This document shows, piece after piece, positions 10,403 through 19,955 of a DNA stretch of 64,000 nucleotides; position 1 is the stretch's first letter; the number at the start of each line of letters is the position of its first letter. The translations under genes and the position numbers were made by a program. Origin of the DNA: Prochlorococcus sp. AG-363-B05 (GTDB lineage: Bacteria > Cyanobacteriota > Cyanobacteriia > PCC-6307 > Cyanobiaceae); assembly GCA_003278445.1 (NCBI GenBank), contig QCFD01000003.1:1228-65227 (forward strand), written 5' to 3'. The notes under the pieces are model-generated. The model did not search any database and was not told where the DNA came from. It saw only the letters and a program-made list of their open reading frames with translations.

Positions 10403-10530
10403 ACTTATTCATTTTCATGTTATTTCTTTCTAGCACTTTTTATATATATTTTTTATTATATTATTTATCTTATTGTTCTAGAGAAATTTTTTTTATAATG
10501 CGTAAATCCTAATATTGTTATCATCATTAA

Positions 10531-10755
10531 TTATTTATCTTTAAAATTATCATTTTTGACTATTTTCAGATAATCAATCACTTTTTTGCTTTGCTCTACT
10601 GACAATGAAGACAGAGGCGATGAAGCAGGTATTTTAAGAATAGTACATGTTGCAATTATTTCTGACGAATCAACGTTTAGGGCTTCTGCAAGTTCCTTAA
10701 CTCTCAACCTAGCGACATTAAAAATCATTTTTTTAAGACCTCCTATACAGATCAA
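10531..10755 (-). CDS. stand-alone translation initiation factor IF-2 N-terminal domain protein
   Basis: RLRVKELAEALNVDSSEII...L-x-I...SSLS matches the IF2_N pattern. Confidence 0.8.
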   Translation of the reverse strand: MICIGGLKKMIFNVARLRVKELAEALNVDSSEIIATCTILKIPASSPLSSLSVEQSKKVIDYLKIVKNDNFKDK

Positions 10756-11051
10756 ATTGTTTGTTTTTTTATTATATTAATATGTGTAGAAACATCAGAA
10801 TTGAGATTATTAAAATGATAAATAATTATTTGATGTTTACACTTTAAAAAGTCTGTTCTGTTTTTGTGATAATTGAATCTTCATTTGATTCGAATATTAG
10901 GAAATGTATATTCATAAATATAAGGAAACTTAGTTTTTTCTATTATGATTGGATCTTTGAATTCCAGAAATATTCTGTTATGTCTGATATTGACTTTTAT
11001 TAGATTTATTAATTTATAGATTTAAATATGTTTGATCTGGTTTTAAAAGGA

Positions 11052-11288
11052 TTAATTAAAGTTTTTTTGAGCACATTCATAACCTGATTCTCTTATATCC
11101 TTATTGTCATCAAATATTGCCTTGAGAGCACAATCGCAATAGTTGGATATTGCTTTTTTCGATATCGACTTTGTTGCTGGATTACTTAAAGCACTTGAGA
11201 TACATTCATCCATTTGACTTTCAGGGTATGAATAAGCTGCACTAGCAAAAGAAATAGTAATAAAAAATATAATTAATATTGTTTTCAT
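11052..11288 (-). CDS. small secreted Cys-containing protein
   Basis: Signal peptide (ASA/AYS) followed by C...YCDC...C. Confidence 0.8.
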   Translation of the reverse strand: MKTILIIFFITISFASAAYSYPESQMDECISSALSNPATKSISKKAISNYCDCALKAIFDDNKDIRESGYECAQKNFN

Positions 11289-11439
11289 AGTATTTTATTT
11301 GATACTTCATCCTACATTTATTCTTGATTGATAATTGATTTCTTATTAAAATATTTATGTTTTGTAGTCATTTTATTAATTTTTCTAATATTGTTCATTA
11401 TATAATCTAAAGTAAATTAATTATAAATTTTCGTCTTAA

Positions 11440-11655
11440 ATGTCATTAGATGAATTAAGAAAATTTTTAAAGGAAATGCAGAACGATGAATCTTTAAAAG
11501 ATGAAGTCCTTTCTTCCTCAACCGCTGATGATGTTGCCTTGATTGCCTTAAGAAAGGGTTATGAATTTTCTGGCGACGAATTGCTTCGATTTTCAGGTAA
11601 AAAAGTTGGTAGAGTTACAGTTCAAAAAAATGATGTACCTGGAGAATACAATTAA
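11440..11655 (+). CDS. Nif11-like leader peptide family protein
   Basis: MSLDELRKFL...DESLK...ADDVALIALRKGYEFSGDEL is the Nif11/ProcA-leader pattern. Confidence 0.85.
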   Translation: MSLDELRKFLKEMQNDESLKDEVLSSSTADDVALIALRKGYEFSGDELLRFSGKKVGRVTVQKNDVPGEYN

Positions 11656-11659
11656 ATTT

Positions 11660-11806
11660 TCATTTCCTTCTATATAGCTCTTTAACTATTCCATCCCACT
11701 TTTTCCCGGCGTTAAGATATTTATTTCTATTCCGTCTATAGGTTAAATAATTAATAATGCATATTAAAAATACTAATATAATTAGTATTAGAAAAACTAG
11801 ATTCAT
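11660..11806 (-). CDS. 48 aa single-TM microprotein (not in ORF track)
   Basis: MNLVFLILIILVFLICIINYLTYRRNRNKYLNAGKKWDGIVKELYRRK; converges on the Nif11 gene with a 4 bp gap. Confidence 0.65.
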   Translation of the reverse strand: MNLVFLILIILVFLICIINYLTYRRNRNKYLNAGKKWDGIVKELYRRK

Positions 11807-11962
11807 TTTGCTTTATACTCATATTTATATATAGTATGTCATTTCTATACTGATTTACCATAACTTATATTTTCATTGAGTTAACATTCTCATTTTTGAT
11901 AATGAAAATTTACCATTTTCCATCATTTACAAGTAAGATGTAATGTAATTATTACTAAAACT

Positions 11963-12295
11963 ATGGATATTACATTTATTGCTATAGCTATTTTTATATT
12001 GGTTGCAATTGTATTTCTTATTTCATTTTTGTTAAAGAGTATTAATAATAAATCATTTGAAGCAAAAGACGGTACTGTCTTTGAAAGTCAATCTGATCTA
12101 GACTTATATGAATGCCTATTTGAAAAAACGAAGCCTTTATTTAGTATTGAAGATGTGAATGGCCCTGATAAAGCAATACTTGGCTTTCAGAAATCCTTCT
12201 TAACTAAGCTAACATTAGAAGGTTTCCCCGATTTAAAAACACTAGTAAAATACCGTAAGGAATTAAAGTCTCTATCTGATTTAATTAATACTTAA
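11963..12295 (+). CDS. membrane-anchored hypothetical protein
   Basis: N-terminal TM helix followed by a soluble domain. Confidence 0.75.
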   Translation: MDITFIAIAIFILVAIVFLISFLLKSINNKSFEAKDGTVFESQSDLDLYECLFEKTKPLFSIEDVNGPDKAILGFQKSFLTKLTLEGFPDLKTLVKYRKELKSLSDLINT

Positions 12296-12354
12296 TTTGA
12301 TTTTACTTTTCCACTTATATGTATACTAATATTAAATAAATTTAATAACTCCTA

Positions 12355-12537
12355 ATGAGAAAGACAGAATACACAGAAGAACAACTTTCTGAAATGAGAG
12401 AAGATGCATTTGTAAATATCAAAGAAGCCTGCATGAGACTTCAGGAAAGAACAAAGTGTGGAAACGATGATGTAATTAAAATGTTAAACGAAGTTTCTCA
12501 TTTTTACATTACTCAAGAAGAAAGAAATATTACATAG
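12355..12537 (+). CDS. 60 aa microprotein, C-x8-C helical family member
   Basis: IKEACMRLQERTKCGNDDVIKML motif shared with ORFs at 1402, 18505 and 59247. Confidence 0.8.
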   Translation: MRKTEYTEEQLSEMREDAFVNIKEACMRLQERTKCGNDDVIKMLNEVSHFYITQEERNIT

Positions 12538-12544
12538 GCTTATT

Positions 12545-13285
12545 CTAGTTGTTGGAAAATTCGTATTCTTTTAATGGCTCTGGATTTATAAAGTTAGTAC
12601 TATCATCTTTTAACAAACTAATATCCTGAATTGAGCCATCAACTTTTATTAAATTATTTATTATTCCAGTAAAGGTTATCTCTCCACCTGTTGTACTTGC
12701 TAAAATAGTTTTTGGTTTAAATATCTTTAACAATTCAGGTAGTACAGTTTTACCCTTAATAAATTTACCTGCTAGTGGTAATGAGAAATCTATTACAGGA
12801 GTGATAATTAAATCTATATTTCTAGGTTTTATTTGCTTATCAAGAAATCCATGAGGCTCAATGTAAATTGAATCTGTATCTAAATCGATTATGTAGCCAT
12901 TTTCAATATTTGGTACTCGCGCTCCTGATGTCGCAAGAATATTTAGATTTAAATTCTTAAAGGTTTCTCCAGGCCTGAGTGTCTTTATTTTGGAGAAACC
13001 CATTTTTTTTACCACATTGCTAGCTGCTTCAGAGGCAATTACTTGTACTCTTTTACTTATTTTCTTAAGTGTTGGAGGATGTGCATGATCTGGTTGACCT
13101 TGAGTTAGTAATAAATAATCAATTTCAGTAGGAACATCAATTTCATTCGCCAATTCACCTTTTATCAGCCAATCTCCTGGAGGAAATCTCAAATCGCCAG
13201 TCAACCAAGGATCAATCAAAATTCTTATCTTATTCAATTCAACAAGCCATCCATTCGCTCCGTAGTAAGTGGCTTTTATAGTCAT
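12545..13285 (-). CDS. MBL-fold metallo-hydrolase (cyanobacterial beta-lactamase-like family)
   Basis: RILIDPWL, TQGQPDHAHPPTL, ENGY and YIEPHG motifs. Confidence 0.88.
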   Translation of the reverse strand: MTIKATYYGANGWLVELNKIRILIDPWLTGDLRFPPGDWLIKGELANEIDVPTEIDYLLLTQGQPDHAHPPTLKKISKRVQVIASEAASNVVKKMGFSKIKTLRPGETFKNLNLNILATSGARVPNIENGYIIDLDTDSIYIEPHGFLDKQIKPRNIDLIITPVIDFSLPLAGKFIKGKTVLPELLKIFKPKTILASTTGGEITFTGIINNLIKVDGSIQDISLLKDDSTNFINPEPLKEYEFSNN

Positions 13286-13591
13286 AGTTTTTTCTAATAA
13301 TATAACTAATATTTTTTAATATAGTGATTATTAGTTCGATGTATTTGTTTTATCCCATCAATATATAATTAATATAATTGTTATTACACTTAAAATCAAA
13401 ATTATCAAGAGTGAAAACTTTTTTATATATATTTGAAATTCATACAACCAATCATTTTCCATAATATAAATATATTTTTTTTTATTATATACTCTTTGCC
13501 ATTATTTTAACAAATTAATATAGATATATTTCAAATTTTATCTGTCACGAATTCAAAAATATCTCTAGTATTATATAAATCACTTAAAATA

Positions 13592-14311
13592 ATGAAAATA
13601 AAAGATTGGGATGGAGTTGCTCTTATTATTGGAGATGGAGGTATAGGTAACTGTATATATAATTATTTAATGACTATTTCACCAAATTTGGATGTTAACA
13701 TATGTGGACGAAATTTAAGTAGACAAAATGGTATTTTTCTAGACGTAGAGGATGACCATTCATTTAATGCCTTTGAAAAAAAAATATCTTTATTTAAAAA
13801 ACCTCTTCGTCTAGTAATTAATACATGTGGTTTTCTTCACTCAAATCTTTTAACACCTGAAAAGAGGCTTTCACATATAAATCGCTCCTACACAATTAAG
13901 AATTTCTCTATTAATGCCATTGCTCCAATTTTAATCGCTAAAAGTATAGAACAATTTATTAGACCAGAATTGCCTTTCTGCTTTGCAAGTTTAAGTGCAA
14001 GAGTTGGTAGTATAGGTGACAACAGACTTGGTGGTTGGTATTCCTATAGGGCATCTAAAGCTGCACAGAATCAATTTCTAAGAACGCTGAGCATTGAATG
14101 GCGTCGAAAATATCCATACTCAATTGTATCTATATTACATCCAGGTACTTGTGATACTAAATTATCAAAACCTTTTCATTCGTCGGTCCCTAAGCATAAA
14201 CTTTTTACTCCTGCTCAATCAGCTGAATATTTGATTAATATTATTTCTGATCAAACACCATCTGATTCTGGTAAGTTTTTATCCTGGGATAGAAATGTTA
14301 TTCCTTGGTAA
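13592..14311 (+). CDS. short-chain dehydrogenase/reductase, C-factor (CsgA-like)
   Basis: GDGGIG, SARVGSIGDNRLGGWYSYRASKAA (YxxxK) and HPGTCDT motifs. Confidence 0.92.
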   Translation: MKIKDWDGVALIIGDGGIGNCIYNYLMTISPNLDVNICGRNLSRQNGIFLDVEDDHSFNAFEKKISLFKKPLRLVINTCGFLHSNLLTPEKRLSHINRSYTIKNFSINAIAPILIAKSIEQFIRPELPFCFASLSARVGSIGDNRLGGWYSYRASKAAQNQFLRTLSIEWRRKYPYSIVSILHPGTCDTKLSKPFHSSVPKHKLFTPAQSAEYLINIISDQTPSDSGKFLSWDRNVIPW

Positions 14312-14414
14312 TTCTATGATAGAAAAAATTATTTTTTGTTATTTATTCATTTGAAATCTAATCTTCATTTATGCATTTCAAGCAGTATGATATTAATAGT
14401 GTTTATTTAGAGCC

Positions 14415-15107
14415 TTGAAAAAAAATATTATAGCTATAGGCGGTGGTGGTTTTGGAAGAAATAATTCATCTCATTTAATTGAAAAATATATACTTAAGCT
14501 TACAGAAAAAGATTGCCCGAAAGTTTGTTTTTTACCTACTGCAACTGGAGATGATGATTCATATATTGTTCGTTTTTACTCTACTTTTACTGACTTAAAT
14601 TGTATACCAACTCATATTGATTTTTTTAAAAGAACAATAGACATTCATAATCATATTATGAAACAAGATGTTGTCTTTGTAGGAGGTGGAAATACAAAGA
14701 GTATGCTTGCTATTTGGAATGACTGGGGTATGAGTAAATTACTTAATGATGCTTATAATGAAGGAGTAGTCATGAGCGGTGTAAGTGCAGGAGCAATTTG
14801 TTGGTTTACAAATGGAATAACAGATTCATGGCAAAATGATTTAAGGATCTTACCCTGTTTAGATTTTATCAATGGTACATGTTGCCCACATTATGACGAG
14901 GAACCCTCTCGAATTCCATATGTAAAAAAAATACTACATACAAAAAAAATAACAAATTGCATTTCAATTCAAGGAGGTGCCGCTATTCACTTTATTGATG
15001 GTAAACCGTTTAAAAATGTAAGTTTTCATAATAATAAGAATACATTTAATGTATATCTTGAAAATAAGGATATAGTTGAGATTCCCTTCGATACAATTCA
15101 ATTATAA
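14415..15107 (+). CDS. peptidase E (S51 family)
   Basis: FLPTA, VGGGNT, GVSAGA nucleophile elbow and CPHY motifs. Confidence 0.9.
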   Translation: MKKNIIAIGGGGFGRNNSSHLIEKYILKLTEKDCPKVCFLPTATGDDDSYIVRFYSTFTDLNCIPTHIDFFKRTIDIHNHIMKQDVVFVGGGNTKSMLAIWNDWGMSKLLNDAYNEGVVMSGVSAGAICWFTNGITDSWQNDLRILPCLDFINGTCCPHYDEEPSRIPYVKKILHTKKITNCISIQGGAAIHFIDGKPFKNVSFHNNKNTFNVYLENKDIVEIPFDTIQL

Positions 15108-15193
15108 ATTAGTATATAATGATTAACAATTTTTTATTTATTAGATAAATCGTTTAATATATTAAAATATCATATGTATTTGTACTATAAAAA

Positions 15194-15400
15194 ATGTATT
15201 TTTTTTTATTATCATTTTCTGAGATGGGACTTAGTTTACCTCTTATAATTGTATTAGTTATATTTGGAAGTTTTTTTCTCATAAGCTTTTTTATTACTAG
15301 TCCTAATATGGATACAGAAGGTTTATTGAGAGTTTTATATTCAAAACCTGTTAGGAAAGCTGATGGATCTGTTGAGTATCCTGAAAGTAGGAAGAATTAA
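15194..15400 (+). CDS. single-TM microprotein (TM-SPN family)
   Basis: TM helix followed by TSPNMD; resembles ORF 17527 and the GPNYD/GPDYD pair. Confidence 0.65.
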   Translation: MYFFLLSFSEMGLSLPLIIVLVIFGSFFLISFFITSPNMDTEGLLRVLYSKPVRKADGSVEYPESRKN

Positions 15401-15568
15401 ATTCAAAACATATTAGTATATGTTTTAATTTTCTAATAGCTTTTAACTTTGAGGCAACAGGTAAATATATGAATTTTATTTATATTCTATTATGCTTTCC
15501 TTAAAAATTTTTTGTGAAATTTAGAAATTGCTATAGCCTCATAGCACTATTGAAGAGTAACGTCGTAT

Positions 15569-16810
15569 GTGACCCTTAATCTTGTTATAAAATTGGAAAA
15601 AAGTTTGCTCACTAACTTTGAGAGAGCTCATAAAGAAAATAATAATAGGACTTTTCTACCTTCTGGTCTAAATGGGAAAGCATTAGAAGTTACTCTTGAT
15701 GATATCCCCTCTAGGAAAGAAGTTAGAGAAGCTATACCCAAGCTCTGTTTTACTCGTCAGACTAATAGATCTCTTTTTTATCTTTCTAGGACAGTTGTTA
15801 TACAGATCTTTGTTGTTTTGCTAGGACTTACGATTCCTCTTAACAAAGAGTTCATTCCAATTTGGATTTTATATGCAATTCTCTCTGGGACAACCTCAAT
15901 GGGGCTTTGGGTTTTAGCTCATGAATGTGGCCATGGCGCATTTTCTGATAATCGAAAATTAGAAACACTTGTTGGATATTGTCTTCATTCTTTTTTACTT
16001 GTTCCATATTTTTCATGGCAAAGGTCTCATGCAGTTCATCATGCTTTTACTAACCACATAACAGATGGAGAGACTCATGTTCCTGTTGTGATTTTAGGAG
16101 ATGGTAAATCGGAAAAAAAAGGTGGTGAAAATGAAATGGAGTCATCCTTATTTCTTGGGAAAATACTGTATGGATTTAATCAACTATTTCTTCACTTGAT
16201 CCTTGGCTGGCCAGCTTACTTACTTCTTGGCAAAACAGGTGGACCTCGATATGGGACTAGTAATCATTTCTGGCCAACAGCACCCTTCTCAAAAAAACTA
16301 TGGCCATCCGTTTGGTCAAAAAAGGTTTGGATATCTGACTGGGGAATTGTTTTTATGTTGTGTTTTTTGACATTCTGGTCATTAAATTTTGGATTAAATT
16401 CAATGATAAGTCTTTATTTAGGTCCGCTTATTGTGGTTAATATCTGGCTTGTTATTTATACATGGCTTCATCACACTGATACTGATGTTCCTCATCTTGG
16501 TGCTAGTCAATTTTCATATATGAGAGGTGCCTTCTTATCTATCGATAGACCCTATGGAAAAATCCTAGATTTTCTACATCACTCAATAGGCTCTACTCAT
16601 GCCATTCATCATATTGAACCAACTATACCTCACTATCATGCAAGACTAGCTACCAGAATATTGAAAAATCAATTTTCAAAAGTGTATCTTTTCAATCCTA
16701 CTCCAATTCATAAGTCTCTTTGGCATATAGCAACTAATTGTGTTGCAGTGAAAAAGGATATTGCTATTGATAGATATGTATGGAAGCAACCTAAATACTC
16801 TAAATCTTAA
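15569..16810 (+). CDS. delta-12-type membrane fatty acid desaturase (DesA/FAD2-like)
   Basis: Three His boxes HECGH, HAVHH and HAIHH; VPYFSWQRSH and TWLHHTD motifs. Confidence 0.92.
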   Translation: MTLNLVIKLEKSLLTNFERAHKENNNRTFLPSGLNGKALEVTLDDIPSRKEVREAIPKLCFTRQTNRSLFYLSRTVVIQIFVVLLGLTIPLNKEFIPIWILYAILSGTTSMGLWVLAHECGHGAFSDNRKLETLVGYCLHSFLLVPYFSWQRSHAVHHAFTNHITDGETHVPVVILGDGKSEKKGGENEMESSLFLGKILYGFNQLFLHLILGWPAYLLLGKTGGPRYGTSNHFWPTAPFSKKLWPSVWSKKVWISDWGIVFMLCFLTFWSLNFGLNSMISLYLGPLIVVNIWLVIYTWLHHTDTDVPHLGASQFSYMRGAFLSIDRPYGKILDFLHHSIGSTHAIHHIEPTIPHYHARLATRILKNQFSKVYLFNPTPIHKSLWHIATNCVAVKKDIAIDRYVWKQPKYSKS

Positions 16811-16926
16811 CTATCGATCTTATGCACTTTCTATTAATTTAAATGATTTCTTTCTAAATAATTACCTCTATTTCGAGCATTTATTATTAATATAAATTAT
16901 TTACTTATCATCAATATTAAAAAAAA

Positions 16927-17109
16927 ATGTCAAAAAAAGATTATGAAAGATTTCTATTTAAAGTTAATCAATTAAATCAATTGGTTAAATTAATTAATGA
17001 ATCGCCTGAGAAGTATCAATTAATTACTAATTGTAAAACACATGAAGATGTTGTGGAACTTGCAAAGAAATGGGGATATGAAATTGGCAGGAGATGGGGA
17101 GAATCCTAA
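16927..17109 (+). CDS. Nif11-like domain small protein
   Basis: MSKKDYERFL...HEDVVELAKKWGYEI pattern. Confidence 0.75.
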   Translation: MSKKDYERFLFKVNQLNQLVKLINESPEKYQLITNCKTHEDVVELAKKWGYEIGRRWGES

Positions 17110-17131
17110 CCTTCAAGTTAAAGCATTAATC

Positions 17132-17383
17132 CTAATCTCCACCTCCATTACAGCTCCAAACTTTTGAGGGTATTCCTTGCGTATTAGTACCGTCGATTCG
17201 AAATGTTTTTGTTATACATTCATTTTGTGATTTAGCCCATGAAGAAATTGGTTCCAATTCTGTTGATATTTCCTTAACTGATTTTGATAAGGAAATTATT
17301 GAAAATGAAGTGACTATAAGAGATAAAGTACTTAAGCCTCCACATATCAGGTATTTGTTTTCGGCTAATAATTTCTTAAGCAT
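17132..17383 (-). CDS. small membrane-anchored protein, NxC...CNG family
   Basis: LEPISSWAKSQNECITKT...VWSCNGG; paralog of 1729-1998. Confidence 0.78.
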   Translation of the reverse strand: MLKKLLAENKYLICGGLSTLSLIVTSFSIISLSKSVKEISTELEPISSWAKSQNECITKTFRIDGTNTQGIPSKVWSCNGGGD

Positions 17384-17526
17384 TTCTAAAATTGATTATT
17401 CATTTTTACATTACATATGATTTAGAGATTGATCTAAATAAGTTTTCCTTTGAAAATATAAGAACTAACTGAAGATTGTTATTCTGTTAACTTAAATGTT
17501 ATTTTCTTATTTCCGTAATATAGTAT

Positions 17527-17757
17527 TTACTTCTTTTTTTCCAAAAATTCCAAGATTTTTTTTAATCTATCTGTGTTTTCAAAATTAGGACTTTCTGTTA
17601 GGAAAATTACTAAAACTATCATTAGTAGACCAATACTAGATACACCTAATAAAACTTGTTGGAAAGGATCTAAGGATTCAAGCATTTCTATTTGGATTAA
17701 TAGTATTAAACAATCTATTAATGATAATTGAGCAAATGCATTTATAATGCAAATCAA
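17527..17757 (-). CDS. single-TM microprotein (TM-SPN family; likely starts at MLESLDP)
   Basis: TM helix followed by ESPNFE and a basic helix. Confidence 0.65.
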   Translation of the reverse strand: MICIINAFAQLSLIDCLILLIQIEMLESLDPFQQVLLGVSSIGLLMIVLVIFLTESPNFENTDRLKKILEFLEKKK

Positions 17758-17786
17758 TATTTATGTTTTAGTTCTTAGATAATTCC

Positions 17787-17954
17787 TTATTTCTTTTTAT
17801 CTTCTTTAGGCCACCTAGCCTTCAAATTTAAAGGGTTTTTGAGATTTATTTGTACAGGTTTACCTTGAGCTAATGAAATCAAAGCTTTAAAAGCCCAACC
17901 ACCTAAAATTAATAGCACTGTTATTAACAATATATAACTTATGTTGGTAAGCAT
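17787..17954 (-). CDS. 55 aa single-TM microprotein (not in ORF track)
   Basis: MLTNISYILLITVLLILGGWAFKALISLAQGKPVQINLKNPLNLKARWPKEDKKK. Confidence 0.7.
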   Translation of the reverse strand: MLTNISYILLITVLLILGGWAFKALISLAQGKPVQINLKNPLNLKARWPKEDKKK

Positions 17955-18077
17955 AAATCTTAAATTAATTTAAAAATATAATAATATTTTATTTGGTATT
18001 CTTGCTATTTTAAATATATATCATCAATTATATTCTTATTTTTTAATAAATTTTACTTTTCTTTTTATCATAATAAT

Positions 18078-18200
18078 TTATGAATCCCCTGCCACTCCCT
18101 TTAGCATCTAAAGAATCTGGTTGCCACAGAAGACAGTATCCCCACCTAGTGATAAATACTTATTTAAGTTCGTTTTTCTTGAAGGTCTGATAGCTTTTAT
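18078..18200 (-). pseudogene. possible decayed member of the C-x8-C microprotein family
   Basis: Minus frame reads ...KYLSLGGDTVFCGNQIL*MLKGVAGDS*; internal TAG and no start codon. Confidence 0.35.
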
Positions 18201-18283
18201 TCAGTCTTTTTATTATTATTTTTATACTTTTATTGATTTTTATCCGATTTGGTATGAATATAAAAATGTGATATTTTATTTAA

Positions 18284-18490
18284 ATGATCAACAATACCTC
18301 TCTATATTTCTTTTTTATATTTTTTGGTATTTGTTCTCTTTTTTATTTATTTCTCAATTTTAGACCTAGCAAAAATGAAATAAATAATAAAATCCTTTTA
18401 AAGAATTTATTAGAAGGGTTAGATGTGGAATTGCCTGAAGAATTAAAAGCTTTAGATAATTCTTCTACTGATCCTCAAGAATTATCTTAA
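18284..18490 (+). CDS. single-TM small protein
   Basis: TM helix followed by LLKNLLEGLDVELPEELK. Confidence 0.7.
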   Translation: MINNTSLYFFFIFFGICSLFYLFLNFRPSKNEINNKILLKNLLEGLDVELPEELKALDNSSTDPQELS

Positions 18491-18504
18491 TTTTATTCTG
18501 CCTA

Positions 18505-18675
18505 ATGTCCAGGTTTCACTTTGACGATACTGAAACTTCAGGAATTTGGTGGTCTACAAATGTTTCTATTAGAGATTTATGCGTTGAACTTAAGGATGAT
18601 ACAAGGTGTGATGATAATGAGATCGTTGAATTGCTTAGATCTATTGCAATTTCAATAGAAGAAAATGGTTTATAA
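18505..18675 (+). CDS. 56 aa microprotein, C-x8-C helical family member (not in ORF track)
   Basis: MSRFHFDDTETSGIWWSTNVSIRDLCVELKDDTRCDDNEIVELLRSIAISIEENGL. Confidence 0.8.
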   Translation: MSRFHFDDTETSGIWWSTNVSIRDLCVELKDDTRCDDNEIVELLRSIAISIEENGL

Positions 18676-18704
18676 GTTTATTTTTATCGAATTATATCAA
18701 TTTA

Positions 18705-19916
18705 TTATTTATTAAATTGTAACTCCCATTGTGAATTTTTCCACTGTCTGGTCCATTGTTGTTTTGTGATATCTTGTTTCTGAAGCTTTTCATTAAGCCA
18801 GTCTTTCAGTGATGTAGGAACAATATTCAACTCTTTCTGAATAATTTTAAGTTTATCCATATCAGCTCCATAACCTGCCCTTTCAATCCAATCTGCCATC
18901 AAACCTATGTCATATTCCAACAGCTTAATTGCTACTCTAGGAATCATCATATAATTAGTTTGTATTCCTTCTGAAGAAACTATTCTTTGAAGAGTCATAG
19001 CCATTTCAAGCCCTGTCAGTTCTTCACCGGCTATATTGATTGATTGATTTTTATATTTCTCTGGCTTCGATAAAACACCTCTTACCCATTTTCCAATATC
19101 TTGTACAGCAATTGTTTGCCACTTAAAATTCTTAGCAACTATTCCAGGGAAAATCTTTTTAGATATACTGTATCCAGGTAATTTATTTTCAAAGTTTTCA
19201 AAATAACTGACTGGTCTGAGGACAGTAGTAATTTCTTTAAGACCAATTTTTTCAATATATTCTTCAATATCCCATTTACTCGTAAAATGTCCTGGAGCAT
19301 TTTCATTCTTTAGTGGGTCTTTAGCTTTACTAATTGAGCTAAATATAAAATGATTTAATTTTCCTTTGTTAGTTGCTATTTTTACTTGATTTATCAAGTT
19401 AAAACCTTGCTCCATCTCATATTCTCTGACAATACTTCCTCTGAATATTTTCCAACCTTTTGTAGGGGTAGTATTTCCAAAAATAACGTCTACACCATCA
19501 AAAGCTTTATTAATACTTGCAGGATCCATTAAATCTCCTTGTATCAGCTCAACGTTGTTTAGACCTGCAAGCATTAATGCTTTTGAACTTTTAATATTTC
19601 TCGTGATTGCACGTATTTGATACATATTTGTTTTGCTTAGCTCTTTGACGACTCCAATCCCCTGTCGGCTTGTAGCCATAGTTACTGCTATGACAGTTTT
19701 TTTATTAACAGTTGACGCGTTCAATTCATCTAGTTCAAGCACAATTCGCAGGCCAATTGCTAAGGAATGTAAAGCATAGATGTACTTATGTAAAGCTTGC
19801 GTACTTGATCGATCGAAGAAGGTTGTTATTTGGATATTTGACTTTTGTTTTTGGCAAGTATCTTCTATATCAGAGGTTTCGTAAAGGAATGTTTTATTTG
19901 CTTTTTTTGCATCCAA
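18705..19916 (-). CDS. NmrA-like NAD(P)-binding atypical SDR (true start probably near 19724)
   Basis: IAVTMATSRQG, IRAITRN, GDLMD, HFTSKWDIE and LRPVSYFEN motifs; the first ~60 aa overlap a divergent ORF region and are doubtful. Confidence 0.88.
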   Translation of the reverse strand: MDAKKANKTFLYETSDIEDTCQKQKSNIQITTFFDRSSTQALHKYIYALHSLAIGLRIVLELDELNASTVNKKTVIAVTMATSRQGIGVVKELSKTNMYQIRAITRNIKSSKALMLAGLNNVELIQGDLMDPASINKAFDGVDVIFGNTTPTKGWKIFRGSIVREYEMEQGFNLINQVKIATNKGKLNHFIFSSISKAKDPLKNENAPGHFTSKWDIEEYIEKIGLKEITTVLRPVSYFENFENKLPGYSISKKIFPGIVAKNFKWQTIAVQDIGKWVRGVLSKPEKYKNQSINIAGEELTGLEMAMTLQRIVSSEGIQTNYMMIPRVAIKLLEYDIGLMADWIERAGYGADMDKLKIIQKELNIVPTSLKDWLNEKLQKQDITKQQWTRQWKNSQWELQFNK

Positions 19917-19955
19917 GTATTGGCTATGTATTTATTAGTACTTAGTTTGATCATT

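Noticed and set aside
5366-11920. Fur-box-like half-sites (ATTGAGAATTATT at 5366, 8385-8412, 11876-11918)
   Set aside because: The palindromes are incomplete, lie in very AT-rich DNA, and have no recognisable iron gene adjacent; a PWM scan would be needed.
18121-18363. 80 aa F/Y/I-rich ORF
   Set aside because: It is a translation of T-rich intergenic DNA and overlaps the better ORF at 18284.
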